Below are positions 43,033-52,674 of a stretch of 64,000 bases of DNA, in pieces. Source of the DNA: Myxococcota bacterium (lineage in GTDB: Bacteria; Myxococcota_A; UBA9160; SZUA-336); the NCBI GenBank assembly GCA_965247115.1, contig CBDFGR010000003.1:896001-960000 (forward strand). Reading direction: 5' to 3'. The translations under genes and the position numbers were made by a program. A model generated the notes under the pieces. That model searched no databases. It worked only from the letters and a program-made list of their open reading frames with translations, and was not told the DNA's origin. Positions within the stretch are counted from its first letter, which is position 1. Each line of letters opens with the position of its first letter.

Positions 43033-43077
43033 TGGTGACCCAGGCAGGATTCGAACCTGCGACTTCTTGCTCCGGAG
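43033..43077 (-). repeat. Distal att site: 45-bp duplicate of the tRNA-Arg 3' part
   Basis: TGGTGACCCAGGCAGGATTCGAACCTGCGACTTCTTGCTCCGGAG is identical to 58056-58100; identity ends at the anticodon loop. Confidence 0.97.
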
Positions 43078-43183
43078 AGAAGCCAGGGCGTAATGGCGAG
43101 TAGTCGCCAGTATCAGTCCGTCAATGATATCAGTAACATACGCGCCATTGGTGTCGGCGAGTATTGGCCCGTATCAGCCGGTC

Positions 43184-43208
43184 GGCACCTATTTGGCACT
43201 GATTTTGA
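43184..43208 (+). repeat. Candidate integrase arm-type site
   Basis: GGCACCTATTTGGCACtgATTTTGA, 23/25 identical to 57990-58014. Confidence 0.7.
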
Positions 43209-43214
43209 CGCTGA

Positions 43215-43505
43215 TCAGTGTACCTCGCTGCCCGGCGGGGGTTCCTGTGCGACAGCCCTCACAGCCTTCAGAGGAACGTTGTGCCCCACCTCCGCGGCGA
43301 AGGCCTTGTGCAGCCACCACCAGGCCAGGCTCAGGATCACGCCGTCCCGGACGTCCTCGGGCACGGCCTCGCGGATGCGCTCGGGCTGCCGCTCCATGGC
43401 CGCGTGCACGGCCTCGAGGATATGCCGGGTGTCCGTCTCCGCTCGGTGTTTCCTGTACGTGTCCCCGATCGCGCGGAGTGCCACCTTCGCCCATGCTTCA
43501 TACAT
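43215..43505 (-). CDS. Hypothetical protein (96 aa) downstream of the capsid gene
   Basis: GAGGAG RBS; helical protein-like sequence; co-oriented with the packaging genes. Confidence 0.6.
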   Translation of the reverse strand: MYEAWAKVALRAIGDTYRKHRAETDTRHILEAVHAAMERQPERIREAVPEDVRDGVILSLAWWWLHKAFAAEVGHNVPLKAVRAVAQEPPPGSEVH

Positions 43506-43591
43506 TCCGACTCCTCGCAGTGATAAGAAGTGGGGACTGGCGGCTCAGCAACGAAACCACCCGTCCCCAGCGCAGGCCGCAGCAACGAAGC

Positions 43592-44899
43592 CTACGCTTG
43601 AACTGTCCCAACGCGCAGCGCAGACGGGCGCACGGTCTGGCCACCGAGCCGCGCAAACGGCAAGATGCCGATGTTCGGCGCGTAGCGCTCCACGAGGCGC
43701 TGCAGGCGCAGCTCCATCCTCTCCGCGATGACAAAGGCCGTGTTGAAGTCGCCCAGAATCACCGGCTTGTTCGCGATGTTGTCCGCGTTGGAGAGGAACT
43801 CGGTCATCACCATGGGCCGCGAGAACAGCTGACCTGGCAGCTGGTTGACTGGGAAGATCGGTCGTGAATCGTTGTCTTCCAACTTGAGGATCAGGCCGAA
43901 CGTGTCCGAGTTCATGAGCCATGTGGAGTTTCGGCGGTACTGCGCGGCCAAGTCGGTCCAGATGTTCACCATGCGCGGGTACGAGATCCCGTTGTCCCCC
44001 GCAACGGGGGTCGCGTAGGTGGACGCGTCGCCCACCACCACCGTGGAAACGCGATCGTCCGACGCGATCCCCTCCGGCTTCCCTACGCCGTCACCGAGCA
44101 GGAACGCGAGGTCCTGATCGAGCGAGAAGACCTCGCTGATCAGCGACGACAGCGCGCTCTCAAGGTTCCCGACGCTGTCCTGAAGCAGCTCCTGCGGGAT
44201 CTCGATGACGTCGGGGGACCAGGCGTGCACGGGCACCCGCTCCATGCCGAAGGTCGGGTTGTTCTGCACCGTCGGTGCGGTCCCGCCCGTCACGTACGCC
44301 TCGCCCTTCCAGTTGCCGTCGCCCTGGAGGAGCGTAGAGGTGTACATCTTCGGATTGACCGAGGCCTCGTTGATGGTGGGCCACACAGCGGCCGGTCCCG
44401 ACGTCTGCACGACGCGGGCGCCGGCGAGGCGCACCGCAGCGTTCCCTGCGACGGCCCGCAGGATCTCCTGCCGGAAGTCCTCCGGTACGGTGAAGCCTCC
44501 CAGGGAGTCGTCGCCCGAAAGTAACGCGTGAACCTCGTCCGGTCCTGCGCCGTGCTTCTCCGCCGCCTCGATCATCCGAGTGTGGGAGTTCTCTTGACTC
44601 CCGCAGTGAATGAATGCCTCGAAGATCGCGCGGTGCGCCTCGTCTGGCACACCGTGGTCCTGCTCGGGCGAGGTGACGACGATCGGCCTGTCGACCGGTG
44701 TGGCCATTTCGACTTCGAGCTCGAGTCTCTGCATGTCCGTCTTGTAGGCCCGAACGTCCACCATGGATTTATCGAACTTGATCTGTAATTCCGACCGTCG
44801 AGCGGGGAACTTGCGCAAGTCGTCGCCGATCTTGCGCGCCGCGTCGATCGCGCGGCTGAGCTTCTCCTGTGCGTGCTTGAGTTCAGCTTGTACACTCAT
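43592..44899 (-). CDS. Major capsid protein, HK97 family
   Basis: GGFTVPEDF, ELLQDS, AFLLGDGVGKPEGI, WLMNSDT..LED, LFSRP and ILGDF motifs; coiled-coil N-terminus; AGGAG RBS before ATG 44899. Confidence 0.92.
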   Translation of the reverse strand: MSVQAELKHAQEKLSRAIDAARKIGDDLRKFPARRSELQIKFDKSMVDVRAYKTDMQRLELEVEMATPVDRPIVVTSPEQDHGVPDEAHRAIFEAFIHCGSQENSHTRMIEAAEKHGAGPDEVHALLSGDDSLGGFTVPEDFRQEILRAVAGNAAVRLAGARVVQTSGPAAVWPTINEASVNPKMYTSTLLQGDGNWKGEAYVTGGTAPTVQNNPTFGMERVPVHAWSPDVIEIPQELLQDSVGNLESALSSLISEVFSLDQDLAFLLGDGVGKPEGIASDDRVSTVVVGDASTYATPVAGDNGISYPRMVNIWTDLAAQYRRNSTWLMNSDTFGLILKLEDNDSRPIFPVNQLPGQLFSRPMVMTEFLSNADNIANKPVILGDFNTAFVIAERMELRLQRLVERYAPNIGILPFARLGGQTVRPSALRVGTVQA

Positions 44900-46403
44900 G
44901 TTTACTCCTGCTTGTGTTCCACTCGGCCACATGGCGCGGTGGGGGATCTTCAATGGGTGGTGTAACGTGGACGCGTTCAGCGTCGCGGGAGAAATCCCAC
45001 GTGCCGTTGGCCAGTGTGATCCCGAGGTCTCCGCTCGCGCGACCCTGCGAGGCGAGCCAGGCTGCGCCTGCGACGCAATTCGCCAAGTCGTCATGAGCCT
45101 TTCTCGGATGGTCTATCGAGTCCCTGCCACTCCGGGCGGTTCTCCGCTCCAAGGAACACAATTGTGTTAGGAGCTTCGGGTGGTCGGGAAGCTCGACGCC
45201 GCCGGAGTTGATCAAAGCGAGCAGCTCGATGTAGAGTGCTGACTTCGTAAGCTCGCTAGCGACGTACACGACGTCGTGCTTGGCGAACGCGTCGACCACG
45301 AACCCCGCCGCGTAGCGATCGCCGGAGACCTCACGGCAGTCGTACATGCGCAGCAATGGAACCAGCTCGGCGACGACGGTTTCAGGACTGAACGGTGGTC
45401 GGACCTCCCGGACCACGTCGATGACGACGGGGTGCTCCTCGGACTCGCGGTGCGCGATGGCCAGCGTGAACGAATCCCCGCGACCACCGCTCGGATCGGC
45501 GAAGGCACAATACGAAAATTCTTCGAGTGGCGGCAGCGAGTGGCGAGCCTCGACGACGCAGCTCTCGGCGGATTCGCGTGAGACAAAGGCCGCGATGCCG
45601 TCGCGGAACGTCGCCAGGTACTCAGAGGTGTTTCGCTCCGGGTCCGTTTTAATTTCCTTGGCGATCCACGCTTGATCCAACGTCGGGTTCATTGAAACGC
45701 TACTGGCCTGCCAGACGAGGACCTCCGAGTCATCTACACCGTAGTGAGTCGCGTGCGCGTCGTACAAGACGCCGCTCTTCCCGTACGGGGAGCTGAAGCC
45801 GATCAGCCGACCGCGGGTGGTGATCAACGTGGGACGGACCGCACCGACGATCTCGGTGTCTGGATTTGCCGTCGTGTCGTCCATCCAAAAACCAATTTCG
45901 TCGCATATGGCAGCGACGATCGTGCGGCCACGAATCGAGCGAAAGCTCGAAGTCGCCACCTCGATGGTGACTCCGGTGGTCAATTCAATCGACTGCGCCG
46001 TCTCCCGCACGATGAGCTTTTTCAGCGCGGGACACGAATGCAGCAAGCCTCTCGTGTACTTGAAAACGACGAGCGCTTGCGGTCGATCGGCGCCGAGGAC
46101 CGCGACGATCGGGACTTCGCCTGGGCTTAGGTGTTCGGCGTAGTTCTGAAGCGCCAAAAAAATCGCGATCAGCGCGACAATCTGTGATTTGCCAGCTCGT
46201 CTTCCGCAGATCAACCACGCCTCTCTGTATCCAGCGTTGCGGGGGGCGTTGCGTCCCGTGAACATCCGGAACAGCACGAGTTCCCTACCAGCTAGGGGCA
46301 GGCCGAAGATCACGGCGAGCAGCACTCGCCACGCCGCCCAGCTCTCACCAACGAAGGTCCGGCCGAGCAACCGCGGATGCGTCATGAGGTCGACAACGTT
46401 CAT
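44883..46403 (-). CDS. Terminase large subunit
   Basis: Walker A GRRAGKS, Walker B AAICDE, motif III SSP, and nuclease acidic motifs FADPSGG..D and HDDLAN. Confidence 0.88.
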   Translation of the reverse strand: MNVVDLMTHPRLLGRTFVGESWAAWRVLLAVIFGLPLAGRELVLFRMFTGRNAPRNAGYREAWLICGRRAGKSQIVALIAIFLALQNYAEHLSPGEVPIVAVLGADRPQALVVFKYTRGLLHSCPALKKLIVRETAQSIELTTGVTIEVATSSFRSIRGRTIVAAICDEIGFWMDDTTANPDTEIVGAVRPTLITTRGRLIGFSSPYGKSGVLYDAHATHYGVDDSEVLVWQASSVSMNPTLDQAWIAKEIKTDPERNTSEYLATFRDGIAAFVSRESAESCVVEARHSLPPLEEFSYCAFADPSGGRGDSFTLAIAHRESEEHPVVIDVVREVRPPFSPETVVAELVPLLRMYDCREVSGDRYAAGFVVDAFAKHDVVYVASELTKSALYIELLALINSGGVELPDHPKLLTQLCSLERRTARSGRDSIDHPRKAHDDLANCVAGAAWLASQGRASGDLGITLANGTWDFSRDAERVHVTPPIEDPPPRHVAEWNTSRSKHECTS

Positions 46404-47041
46404 TTCGAAGACTTGGCCTCGTCGATCTCTGTCGCGATGGTGTGCAAGCTCTCAGCCTCGGCGACCTTCAACGGCGTGACGCCGATGACAGCCAGGTGTC
46501 GCAACGTGAGCGCCTGCAGGGTCGAGAACTTCTCCGCGTCCTTTGTCGGTCCGGGGTTCTGGAGGAAACGGCTCATCAGCGCGTCCGCCGCGACCTGCGA
46601 CCGGAGCCACCCGTCGATGGCGCAGATCTGTGTAGTCGAGACGTTCTCCGTTCCACCAAGGTCCTCCACGATCGCGGTCGCCTGCTTGCTACGCATTTCG
46701 AGGAGGGGCTTCAGACTCTCGTGCACCTCTGCGGTTTCGAGGAAAGCGTCCACATCCCTTCGGCGGACGGCATGCTTTTTCTTCATCGCGGCGCTGACTA
46801 GCTTGCCGTGTGCGGCGCGTCGCTCCGGCGGCCAAAATCCCGGGATGCCGGCGTAGGGCGGCTTGCCCAGGCGGACGTTTTGGGCCCTCTGCGCTTCGAC
46901 CCTCTCCTTACTCCAGCCAGCCTCCCTCGCGTCCACCAGGCGGCCTCGCTTGAAAAAATGGACGCCGTTGCCGTCGTAGAGGCCGTCGCGGCTCGGGCGG
47001 CCGTGTTTGTCGAAATGGGTTGGGCGTTTCTGTTTCGACAC
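46400..47041 (-). CDS. Hypothetical protein in the terS position
   Basis: Basic N-terminus and helical C-terminus; stop overlaps the terL ATG (ATGA). TerS function is inferred from position only. Confidence 0.6.
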   Translation of the reverse strand: MSKQKRPTHFDKHGRPSRDGLYDGNGVHFFKRGRLVDAREAGWSKERVEAQRAQNVRLGKPPYAGIPGFWPPERRAAHGKLVSAAMKKKHAVRRRDVDAFLETAEVHESLKPLLEMRSKQATAIVEDLGGTENVSTTQICAIDGWLRSQVAADALMSRFLQNPGPTKDAEKFSTLQALTLRHLAVIGVTPLKVAEAESLHTIATEIDEAKSSK

Positions 47042-47634
47042 TTTTCTGCGTCGCTCCAAGGAGATTTGGATTTTTCGCACGCACTCCCACGCACCGGAGA
47101 GGGCCACCGGCCGAGATCCCGGGGGCCCACTTCGTCGGGATTGCGTCAGGGAAGTGGGCTCCGGCGTCTGAACACATAGGCCGCGGCGCGCCGAAACTTG
47201 AGCGGGACCGAGGGGGGCTCACGGTGTGGACCGAGCAGAGGCCAGCTCGGCGCCCCGGGGGTCGGGGCTGGGGACTCGCGCCCGCCCGCGCTTGCTGCAC
47301 AAGCAAGCGGTCGTGGGCTGAACGCACCAAATCCCTAATGAAATAGAGGTGTTAGAGGTTCCTACCCTCGACGCAGGTGCCAGATTGGTGCCTCCGCGAG
47401 GACCAGAATCACCAGTATAATCAGTTACTTACGGCCTTGGCTCTATTTTGACACCGATAAGTAGATGGTAAAAACACACTACACAAAAATGTGAGCCGAG
47501 CGCGCTTCACGATGACGCCACGGCGTTGGCGCAGCTAGGCCGAGCGGAGAGGGTCGGCGCAGGGAGGAGAAGGGGCTGAGGGGCTCATGTAGACGCGCCC
47601 GTTGTCATGCCGGCCCTCCCATCCGACGTGCGGG

Positions 47635-48459
47635 CTAGGCCCGGATCCCCCAGTTGATCCCGTTGCGGAGGAGGGTCTGGAAGCCCTCGGTATCCCAGGA
47701 GCCGCGAAACGTCCCCGGACTCTTCTCGTCGGGGGAGACGCTGGCGTCCACGAAGGGCTGGCCGTCTGTGGACGGCGAGTGGCAGTGACCCAGGGCGAAG
47801 TACGTCACGCCTCCCTGGCCGACGTCCTTGGTGTAGCCCAGGACCCGCGTCTTCCCGTCTGGGAGCAGCGCGGCGGTGTGGTCGTACTCCAGCCAGGAGA
47901 ACGTCGACGGAGTCGGGTCCTTGGGAAGCTCGGTGGTGAGCAGGAAGTGATGCTTCGACTCGGGGTCGAGCTCCAGGAAGTAGAGCTCATCCATGACCTC
48001 GAAAGACTCGGGGAGGCCGCGGGTGAGCGGGTGCGACCGATCCGCGACGTCGACGCGGAACTTGCACAGTGGCGGGTGGTGGATGACGAGGGCGCCAAGG
48101 GTCTCGTGGTGGCTCCCCTTCTCCATCTTCCGGCCCCCACCGGGGAGTCGCGCGGCCTTTCCGGCGGAGCTGCCGTGCAAGGCGAGCCAGCGACCGCCGC
48201 CCTCGAGCCAGCTCTGGACGAACTCGTTCTGCGCGTCGTTCAGATAGGGTCCGGCCACGTAGGTGACGAGGAACTGTCGATCGGTCAGCCACTGCTCGAT
48301 CGCGCTGAAGTCGTTCGCGACGGTCGCGTGGACCTCTTGCCTTTCCTGCAGGAGCTGGAGCAAACGCAGGCGCGCGTAGTCCATGTCGTGTCCGGCGGTC
48401 TGGCCCGCCGGGAAACCCCCGGTGACCACGTGGACTCGGACGGGTTCGGAATGGCTCAT
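47635..48459 (-). CDS. ThuA-like domain protein (cargo)
   Basis: GGRWLALHG, HPLTRGLPESFEVMDELY and GQGGVTYFALGH motifs. Confidence 0.85.
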   Translation of the reverse strand: MSHSEPVRVHVVTGGFPAGQTAGHDMDYARLRLLQLLQERQEVHATVANDFSAIEQWLTDRQFLVTYVAGPYLNDAQNEFVQSWLEGGGRWLALHGSSAGKAARLPGGGRKMEKGSHHETLGALVIHHPPLCKFRVDVADRSHPLTRGLPESFEVMDELYFLELDPESKHHFLLTTELPKDPTPSTFSWLEYDHTAALLPDGKTRVLGYTKDVGQGGVTYFALGHCHSPSTDGQPFVDASVSPDEKSPGTFRGSWDTEGFQTLLRNGINWGIRA

Positions 48460-48562
48460 CGGACGCTCCTTCTCGCAAGTCGTCGTGCGAGCATCCCACG
48501 ATCGCGCCGCGTCGTCTAGGGAAGGCGACAGGCGCCGCGGGACTCAGCAGGTCGGGTTGGGC

Positions 48563-48709
48563 AGCTCGGTTCCCCTCCTCTCCACACGCCCTGTGTGGAG
48601 TCTCTCCGGGCGAGCCAGCGAGCTGGGCTTATAGCCCCAGCTCGCGGCTCGCATCGATCGAGGAGAGCCTAGAAATCCGTGCTGGTGCGGCAGCTCGCGA
48701 GCTAGCTCG
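48563..48709. other. Candidate replication origin: palindromes and AGCTCG repeats
   Basis: Inverted repeat at 48610-48652 centred on TTATA, hairpin at 48580-48600, and six AGCTCG/CGAGCT copies at the 3' end of the primase-helicase gene. Confidence 0.5.
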
Positions 48710-50759
48710 CATCGGCAGCCCCCGTGGAGGTGAGCTGGACCAGTTTCTTTTTCCGCCCCGTGCCTTCGACCATCTCAGCCCGGCCGTCCTCCACGGCCTC
48801 CTCGATCATCTTCTTGGCCTTCGTGCTCGCTGTGCTGTTGGGGCGGGACTTTGAGCCCGCGGGCTTGGCGTCCATGATTCGCCATGCGATGTCCGATTGC
48901 GTGAGCTGCTCCCCGGGCTTGAGGTAGTCCTCCAGCAGCTTCTCCGGCCGTTTCTTCTCGGGACGCCAGTACCGGATCAGCCCTGGTTCATCTTCCGAGT
49001 CGGCGACGCGGAAGGTGTGCTCCCGCTGGGGCACGGCGTTGCCGTCCACGGTGAGTCGGCGGTGGTGGTGATCACCACCGCGGTCAAGCCGCCACTGAGC
49101 TACGGTCACTGCCCCGATGGCGCTGGCCCCGCGGGCGGAGACGCGGGCGTCGGAGCGGTCCGCGTGTCCCATGTGGTGTACCAGGACGAGGTAGGTCCCG
49201 AACTCGATCGAGATCTCGGCCAGGGCGTCGAGCCAGCCGCTCATCGCGGTGTTGTCGTTCTCGTCGATTTCCAGGGGCTTGAGCCGTGACAGGGAGTCCA
49301 GGAGGACGAGGCCGAAGGGCTCGCCGTGATCGCGGGCGTACTCGAGCAGCTCGCGGAGCAGCTTGAGGCCCTCCTGGTCGAGCGTGCGGATCTTCCGCGA
49401 TTGGCGCAGGTCCTTCCCGATCATCAGGACCCCGTCTTCCCAGTCGGGGTAGCGGGGTCGGAACATTCCAGCGTCCGATCTCTTCTCTGCCATGCGGCGT
49501 GCGACCTTGTCGATACGCCGGACGTCCTGCTCATTCGAGAGGATCAGCACGCGCGTGCCGGACAGCTTCGGTGCCCCTGCCCACGGCGACTCGCCCGTAG
49601 CCCAGGCGAGCCCGAGGTTGATACCGAAGGTGGTCTTCCCCGACTGGTTGTGACCGAGCAGGGCGTGGATTCCGGGCTCGGGATCTAGAAAACCGGGTAG
49701 CGGGCTCTCGGGATCAGGCTGCTTTCGGAGATTGCGCAGCTCGCGGCCGGTGAGGCCAACGTCGTACGGTGAGTTCCGGGGCTCTGCAGCTTCAGTCCGC
49801 ACCTCGCCCTGCTCGGCCGCGATCGCCTTGCGCGCCGTGTGCTCGTAGTACCTGAGAGGTTTCTGCTCCAGCTCCGCCGTCTCGTGCGAGGCCACCATGA
49901 GGGCCAGGAGCTGCGCAGGCGCGACACCCAAGCGCAGGGCCTGCTGGCACATGGCGTAGTCGATGTTGGACTGGTCTGGCAACCCGTTTGGCTTGCGCTT
50001 GGTCTCGCCGACGTCGCGGTCGTTGAAGTACGCGTGGAGCATCTGGAAGCGCTGTTCCAGGATCTCCAGCGTCTCGTCGGTGAGCTTGTCGTCGAACTCG
50101 CCGACGTCCGCCAGCTCGAGTGTTTCGACATCTAGGCGGAAGGGCTCGAAGTCTCCGAAGTCGTATTCGAGAGCTGGATGCCGTTGGACGATGCGGCACG
50201 GGCGGGGCGGGTCGTACTTATAGTTCAGGGAGCCGGGGATGCGCATGCACCTGCTGGCATCCGTCGCCGCCATGTCCCCATCGATGGCCTTCGCGATGCC
50301 CTTCAGGACACCTTCGAACGCGCGCACGTTCGACTCATCGAAGGCGTACGCTTCTCGGAGCCGCCAGTACAGGTGGACGCCCCCACCGGACGCGACGATC
50401 ATGGTAGGCGGTGGCAGGCCCGCGTCCTGGCGGCGCTGCTCGGCCTGCTCGAAGGTGGTGCCGTCAACGTCGCACCATAGGGCGCCGGCCCCGTGGAGGT
50501 TGTCCTTGCCACCTCCACCTGCAGGATCGCGCCACGTCGCGACCCGGATGAAGGGCGCCTCCCCGGGCTCCTGATCACCGAGGTCCCCCACGTCCAGCGA
50601 GAGAGCCTCTTCGGTGCTGAGCAGCCATGGAGGCTTCACGCGTCCGTCCGCGTAAAGCGTGCGCGGCTCGACCCAGCCCTGGGTGCCGCTGAAAAGCGTC
50701 TGGATGAAGACGGGAACGTCGTCCAGATTGACGACATACGGAATTTCGATAGAATCCAC
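48702..50759 (-). CDS. Primase-helicase fusion (RepB-type AEP primase + AAA_25/RepA-like helicase)
   Basis: LWCDVD, SGGGVHLYW and RIPGSLNYK primase motifs; GHNQSGKT, LVLLDSL, LVHH and RGASAI helicase motifs. Start placed at GTG 50759. Confidence 0.88.
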   Translation of the reverse strand: MDSIEIPYVVNLDDVPVFIQTLFSGTQGWVEPRTLYADGRVKPPWLLSTEEALSLDVGDLGDQEPGEAPFIRVATWRDPAGGGGKDNLHGAGALWCDVDGTTFEQAEQRRQDAGLPPPTMIVASGGGVHLYWRLREAYAFDESNVRAFEGVLKGIAKAIDGDMAATDASRCMRIPGSLNYKYDPPRPCRIVQRHPALEYDFGDFEPFRLDVETLELADVGEFDDKLTDETLEILEQRFQMLHAYFNDRDVGETKRKPNGLPDQSNIDYAMCQQALRLGVAPAQLLALMVASHETAELEQKPLRYYEHTARKAIAAEQGEVRTEAAEPRNSPYDVGLTGRELRNLRKQPDPESPLPGFLDPEPGIHALLGHNQSGKTTFGINLGLAWATGESPWAGAPKLSGTRVLILSNEQDVRRIDKVARRMAEKRSDAGMFRPRYPDWEDGVLMIGKDLRQSRKIRTLDQEGLKLLRELLEYARDHGEPFGLVLLDSLSRLKPLEIDENDNTAMSGWLDALAEISIEFGTYLVLVHHMGHADRSDARVSARGASAIGAVTVAQWRLDRGGDHHHRRLTVDGNAVPQREHTFRVADSEDEPGLIRYWRPEKKRPEKLLEDYLKPGEQLTQSDIAWRIMDAKPAGSKSRPNSTASTKAKKMIEEAVEDGRAEMVEGTGRKKKLVQLTSTGAADAS

Positions 50760-50851
50760 TTTAGTAACCCTCTGCTCGTGGGTGGCTGATCTGGAGCCCC
50801 GCTGACCGTCGCGTCGGCGGGGCTTTATCGTGGGAGCCCGGAACGTCCCAA

Positions 50852-51067
50852 CTACTTCCGGCGACGCGCCGAGGCGCGCTCTGTGGCCGTCACGCCTCCC
50901 CTCTCCACGAACTCGCGGAGCGCTGACGGCGAGAAACGCAACCACCGCCCCAATCTGACCGCGGGAAGTACTCCCTGGTCGACAAGGCCGTATACCATCT
51001 GGCGATCTGCGGAGAGCAACCGGGCGACTTGGCGCGCAGTCAGCAGTTCTGAGTCGGGCTTTTGCAT
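50852..51067 (-). CDS. Excisionase-like HTH protein
   Basis: LLTARQVARLL...VY..V..G.LPAVRLGRWLRF pattern. Confidence 0.85.
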   Translation of the reverse strand: MQKPDSELLTARQVARLLSADRQMVYGLVDQGVLPAVRLGRWLRFSPSALREFVERGGVTATERASARRRK

Positions 51068-51230
51068 CTGGCGATTCCTTGAGGGGGCATGGCCCGTGCT
51101 CGCGAGCCATCGGGAAGTCTAGCGAGCCTTCCCCCCTTGGCAAGGTTTACTGACTCTATAAAGATCCATGATGACACGGATCGCCGATTCGTAATAAACC
51201 CACCTATAAGCGCTCTAAATGGATGATTAG

Positions 51231-51246
51231 GTGTAATCCCTTACAC
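51231..51246. promoter_or_regulatory. Palindromic operator candidate in the divergent control region
   Basis: GTGTAA-TCCC-TTACAC in the AT-rich gap between the xis-like gene and the RHH/int genes. Confidence 0.45.
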
Positions 51247-51289
51247 TGCGTGCTTGACCACTGCGATGAATTGAGATACTGGAAACCTA

Positions 51290-51502
51290 ATGAACGACCC
51301 AGAAAATATTGACCTCGGAGGTCGACCACCGTTCCCCCCGGACAAGCTCCGGGATCGGGCGGTGAAGTTCATGGTCACCCGGCGCGAGCTGGAGGCCTTG
51401 CAAGCAGGTGCGCGAGCGGCGGAGCGCAACCTTGCGGAGTACGTCAGGTCGATCGTGCTCACCCGGCTCGGCATTGCCAGAGAGGAGGAAGAGAACCGAT
51501 GA
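51290..51502 (+). CDS. Small ribbon-helix-helix-like DNA-binding protein
   Basis: GGRPP..RDRAVKFMVT..E...LQ..A......LAEYVR pattern; stop overlaps the int ATG. Confidence 0.7.
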   Translation: MNDPENIDLGGRPPFPPDKLRDRAVKFMVTRRELEALQAGARAAERNLAEYVRSIVLTRLGIAREEEENR

Positions 51503-52674
51503 CTCAACAGCGCGGTCAGATGATAAAGGATCCAACACACGACGGTGTGTGGAGGCTCCGCTGGTTCGAAGGTCGAAACTCGAAAGGCAAGAGGATCTAC
51601 CGCTCGAAAACGGTGCATGGCAAGCGTAAGGCTGCCGAGAAGGAGCTGCGTCGTATTCTCCACTCGAAGGACGTCGGCAAGTACGGCTCACCCAGTCGGG
51701 TGACCGTTGACGAGCTGCTCGACAAGTGGCTGGACGAGGCCCATGGCCAGCGTGTCTCCGGCCGCACGCTCGCCACGCACCGCACCTTGCTCGATACCCA
51801 CGTCCGCGAGGTGATCGGACACCGCCGAATTGACCAGCTGAACACCCTGCAGGTGCAAGAGCTGCTGAACGGAATGAGTAGGCGTCGTGGGAGGAAGCTC
51901 TCGCCGCGGACGCACCAAATCGTGTTGCAGCTCCTCCGCTCTGCGCTCAGAAAGGCCCGCACCTGGAACTTCATTGCGCACGACCCCACCGACGACGTCG
52001 AGGTGCCCCGCGACGCCAGCCAGCGCGGTAAGCGACGAGTCTTGAGCATCGAAGAGCTGCGCCGCTTCCTGGCTGAAGCGGGTAAGCGCGATGACCGAGG
52101 GAACTCTACGCGGTGGCTGACGCTCTGGTCGCTGGCGGCTACGACGGGTGCGAGACCAGGTGAGCTGCTGGCGTTGACGTGGGCGGACATAGATTTGGAC
52201 AGGGGTGAGATCCTGATCTGCCGAGCGCTTACCAAGGACGTGGAGGGAAAGCTCCTGGTCGGTCCCACAAAGACCCAGCAGACCCGCCGCGTGTCGATCG
52301 ACACTCCCGTCATCGACACCCTGGCGGCGCACAGGCTCGCTCAGCGTGAATACGCATTGGGGTTGGGACCCGCATACGACCGAAGCGGAGATCTCGTCTT
52401 CCCCACCCATCGAGGCGCCCTGCTCCACACCGCGAATGTGCGCCGCGAGTACCTGGCTGTAGCTAAAGCAGCGGGGATCACGGGTGCGCGCGGACCCTAC
52501 GACTTGCGCCACACCGCGGCGAGCCAGCTCTTGGAGGCGGGTGTCCCGGTCACTGACGTCGCTCAGCGGCTTGGGCACTCCGTCGACACCCTGACCACCA
52601 CCTACGCGCATGCGTTGCCGGATAACCAGCGCCGCGTCGCCGACATCGCCGGCAAGCTTGTCTTCGGGCGGTAA
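51499..52674 (+). CDS. int: Tyrosine integrase
   Basis: TGARPGE (R), PTKT (K), YDLRH, RLGHS and TYAH (Y); N-terminal arm-binding-like domain. Confidence 0.95.
   Translation: MTQQRGQMIKDPTHDGVWRLRWFEGRNSKGKRIYRSKTVHGKRKAAEKELRRILHSKDVGKYGSPSRVTVDELLDKWLDEAHGQRVSGRTLATHRTLLDTHVREVIGHRRIDQLNTLQVQELLNGMSRRRGRKLSPRTHQIVLQLLRSALRKARTWNFIAHDPTDDVEVPRDASQRGKRRVLSIEELRRFLAEAGKRDDRGNSTRWLTLWSLAATTGARPGELLALTWADIDLDRGEILICRALTKDVEGKLLVGPTKTQQTRRVSIDTPVIDTLAAHRLAQREYALGLGPAYDRSGDLVFPTHRGALLHTANVRREYLAVAKAAGITGARGPYDLRHTAASQLLEAGVPVTDVAQRLGHSVDTLTTTYAHALPDNQRRVADIAGKLVFGR

Noticed and set aside
43033..43077. A second tRNA gene
   Set aside because: Only the 3' 45 nt are present, with no D arm or 5' acceptor strand; it is the att duplicate.
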